NCBI GenBank assembly: GCA_037447605.1
Contig: CM074812.1
Span: 3,224,001-3,288,000, forward strand
Source of the DNA: Zygnema circumcarinatum SAG 698-1b
Taxonomy: Eukaryota > Plantae > Zygnematophyceae
Direction: 5' to 3'
DNA: 64,000 nt
The notes beneath the pieces are model-generated. The model did not search any database and had not been told where the DNA came from. It saw only the letters and a list, made by a program, of their open reading frames with translations. A program made the position numbers and the translations under genes. Shown here piece after piece: positions 61,020-64,000 of the stretch. Within the stretch, counting starts at the first letter, position 1. Each line of letters begins with the position of its first letter.

Positions 61020-63011
61020 ATGGCGAAGAAGCGCAGCCAGAAGAAGGCATCCGGCGGAGCCGCGGCCATGGCGGTCGACGAGGAGGGGGACGGGGGGCGG
61101 ACAGCTGGCAGCGCCGCACAGCCGCAGCCGGCCGGCGGAGAAGGTGCGGAGGAGCCCAATTTTTACTTTTTCCTACAAGTTTTTGGGGGGTCTTCATGAC
61201 CAAAACAAGGATTTGCTGGAGCTCATGAATTGGAATTAGGGCTAACCCTTTAAAAATGTTCCATACTCTGCACTGAATTCTGACGCCAAAACCCTGAACT
61301 TGAATTCCTGAAACTCTGAACCCTATTCTGAAGCCTGTGTCCTATGACCCTCAACCTTGCAGAATTTAGGGTGTAGGGCTTAGTGTTCGGGTCAGGGTTT
61401 AGGGTTTAGGGTTCAGGGTTGACTCATCACCTCAAAATCAATCTACCTTAGATTTTACCTTAGATTGGTTTTAAAGTTTGAGACCTTTTTGATCCAACAC
61501 GAAAACAAACTTTCTGTCTTCAAGATTAAGGAATTTTCATCTGTTTTTCAAGGTCATGAATCATCATCAAGCAGCATCCTGAAAATCTCATGTGCGGTTG
61601 AGAGGGCTCAAGCCTCGTCGTTGGCTCCGCCTCTGAACGAATGCCCTCGAACCCTAAACTCCGTCGCATCCCTCGCAACTCTCAAAGACCTTCTCGCAAA
61701 GTTGAGGGTTTATGGTTTCGAATTTTGAGTTTTTTGGGGCTGTCGGGTCGCCCCTTTTGCCCCGCCGCAGCTATGGACACGACCGAGGGGGCCGACCGGA
61801 GCCTTGGAGCGAATGCGAAGGTGACATCTGGCAGCAGCAGGCGAGATCCTATAACCCTAAACCCTAAACCCTTAACCTTAAACCTTAAATCTTAGACCCT
61901 TAAACCCTAAACCCTAAATTTTAAACCCTAAACCCTAAACCTTGAACCGTAAACCCTAATCCTAAACCATAAACCTTAAACCCTAAACTCTAAACCTTAA
62001 CCCACAACCCATTCCGTACCCTAAAAATCCTAAAATCCCGGACTAAACAATAGAGTTAAACCCCAAACCCTAAACCTTAAGCCCTAAACCCTCAACCCGA
62101 AACCTTAAACCCAAAAACGCTAAACCCTAAACCCTCTCCTTTCCAAGTGCTTACAACGATACCACTCAAGCCCTGCTCATCAACCCCTCGACTGCTTTTT
62201 GTGACCCGCACGAGGCGCCCCGTTTCTCATCAAGACTTTGTTGTCTCAAATGCGGAGGGCCGTAGAGAACTGTTTCTTTGTGCTTGCTGCTTTCCGTAGA
62301 AGCCGGAACTATAGAACCACGGTGCCTTGAAAACCTCAAAATGAGCACCCAAAAACCCTAAAACCTCTAGTGCGCGCCTTGTTCATGTGGGCCTTGCGAG
62401 GGAGGGAGGGAGGGATGGTTTGGTTTTTGGATGTGCGTAGAAGGGTCCTTGTTCATATTGGTTTGTTTCTTGGATGTGCGTAGAAGGGTCCTTGTTCATA
62501 TTGGTTTGTTTCTTGGATGTGCGTAGAAGGGTCCTTGTTCATATTGGTTTGTTTCTTGGATGTGCGTAGAAGGGTCCTTGTTCATATTGGTTTGTTTCTT
62601 GGATGTGCGTAGAAGGGTCCTTGTTCATATTGGTTTGTTTCTTGGATGTGCGTAGAAGGGTCCTTGTTCATATTGGTTTGTTTCTTGGATGTGCGTAGAA
62701 GGGTCCTTGTTCATATTGGTTTGTTTCTTGGATGTGCGTAGAAGGGTCCTTGTTCATATTGGTTTGTTTCTTGGATGTGCGTAGAAGGGTCCTTGTTCAC
62801 ATTGGTTTGCCGTTTGAATGTCCATAGGAGGCCGGAGTTGGGCGTCTTGAAACGGAGCGGAAAGAAGAGTGCAACCACGCGTCGCGCGGTTACCCTGAAG
62901 AAGCGGAAGGCGGCGGAGAAGGCGGCGGCTCTCCTCGAGAAACAAGACGAAAGGGTGGCGAGGAGCGCCGCCCGGCGGGACAAGTTGCAAGAGGCCAAAA
63001 AGTTGTATTGA
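61020..63011 (+). CDS. Small Lys/Arg-rich protein, possibly Alb1-like ribosome-biogenesis factor, 3 exons (61020-61143, 61771-61840, 62828-63011)
   Basis: MAKKRSQKK..AMAVD..|AMDTTE..|..KKRKAAEKAAALLEKQDERVARSAARRDKLQEAKKLY resembles a recalled conserved plant family (MAK..K..AMDT..AKxLY). The frame requires a GC donor at 61841. The Alb1 link is tentative. Confidence 0.6.
61850..62135 (+). repeat. Degenerate (CCCTAAA)n interstitial telomeric tract in intron 2
   Basis: Numerous aaaccctaaa/aaccttaaa units. Confidence 0.85.
62427..62810 (+). repeat. 43-bp perfect tandem repeat, 9 copies
   Basis: Unit ttggatgtgcgtagaagggtccttgttcatattggtttgtttc at 62427 + 43n. Confidence 0.96.
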
Positions 63012-63584
63012 TGAAACTTGTCAAATGTATTGTTCTAGTCGTTTCACTCCGCTCCGTTTGGGAATAAAGTCGGTATCATAGGCTGGTTGGTTGGTTGGTT
63101 GGTTTTGTTCATATTTTGTTAAGGGCTCGCCTCCCTTGCGGATGGTTCAGTCCCGAGGTAGCCATTGATGTGATGAGTTCACGTGCGGAGCCGGCCTCGC
63201 TCATTGGTCGAGCATGGTGGTGGTTTCGGATTGTGAGTTTCGCGCTTCCTTTGTTGGGAGGGAGGTGCGCTCATGGTTACATTTTCGGCCTTAGTTGGCC
63301 GTAGTTTACTTCTGGGGGCAATAGTTAAACTTCTAGTTGGGTTTAGTTTAAGTTGAAATTAAACCACACTATCGCCACTGGGGAGGTGTACCTCAAGGTG
63401 GGGCGTGTGCGCTTTGTCCTGCGCTTTCCTCTCCTTTCCTCTCCTCTCCACGAGGGTGCACTTCACAAGAGGAGGGGTTCAGATTCAAACTGTAAACGGC
63501 CATAGATATCTAGCTGTCTTCCGCAGTGTCACCTTAGTGCGGTCCCTTCAGCTTCCTTTGTGTTCGTTTCTCGTCGTTGCACAT

Positions 63585-63716
63585 TAGGGGGTGTCAGACT
63601 TAACGAAAACCTGACGAAGTCACTGAAGTACTCCTCTAGTAGCGCATCGCGATGTCACCGGAGTACTCGTTTTGGTGTCAAACTTAAGAACAACTTGTTA
63701 AATCTGACATGCCCTA
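63585..63716. mobile_element. Second, more degenerate copy of the small MITE at 43291
   Basis: Left TIR TAGGGGGTGTCAGACTTAA is intact, right TIR is TTAAATCTGACATGCCCTA; shares the internal AGTACTCC...GGAGTACT hairpin. Confidence 0.8.
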
Positions 63717-64000
63717 TTGTCTCGGTTCGATTTGTAGTTTCTACCGTAGTTCCTTTCAATCCGATTCGCCCCCTCGCAGGGCCCTCTTCGTGTGTGCCCC
63801 TTCGCCCTTTGACGGCCATGGCCATGGCCATGACCATGCCATGCTATGACCATGCCATGCCATGGCGCGCATTTCGAGAAAGTGACGTTCTATGGCGCAT
63901 GGCCGCATGCATGCATGCATGGGCCGTCCGTCCATCCATGGGGCCCCCGAACTGCCAACTCGTTCGCTCACATGTGCGGCGTCAGTCACCACTCACCAGG

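Overview
Eukaryotic, intron-rich genomic DNA from a draft assembly (two 100-N gaps, many 10-N gaps), most likely a streptophyte green alga. That assignment is inferred from plant-type SBP-box, MTA and frataxin genes and an iMet-primed LTR element, found alongside UapA-type NAT, PIG-Z and PstS-like genes that are atypical of land plants. Introns are dominated by GA/CT microsatellites and minisatellites, so most long ORFs in the track are artefacts. Manually reconstructed genes in order: SBP-box TF (-), PIG-Z/SMP3 mannosyltransferase (+, cut by a gap), UapA-type NAT/NCS2 purine permease with two Cys-rich loops (-, cut by the same gap), frataxin (+), IPNS-type 2OG-Fe(II) dioxygenase with a 5.6-kb satellite intron (-), JTB-like membrane protein (-), a damaged secreted PLAT-like/TM gene (+), MTA/METTL3 (-) and a small Lys-rich Alb1-like gene (+). 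The last intron of the PLAT-like gene holds a 7.2-kb cassette with a head-to-head pair of intron-containing PstS-like phosphate-binding protein genes separated by MULE-like foldback elements. Mobile DNA includes two hAT MITEs with 8-bp TSDs, a Copia RNase H fragment, a solo LTR and an intact 448-bp TRIM whose LTRs carry a tRNA-derived A/B-box cassette. The strongest novelty candidates are the secreted PstS-like gene pair and the tRNA-bearing (Cassandra-analogous) TRIM. All exon coordinates were read by hand and no database search was run.
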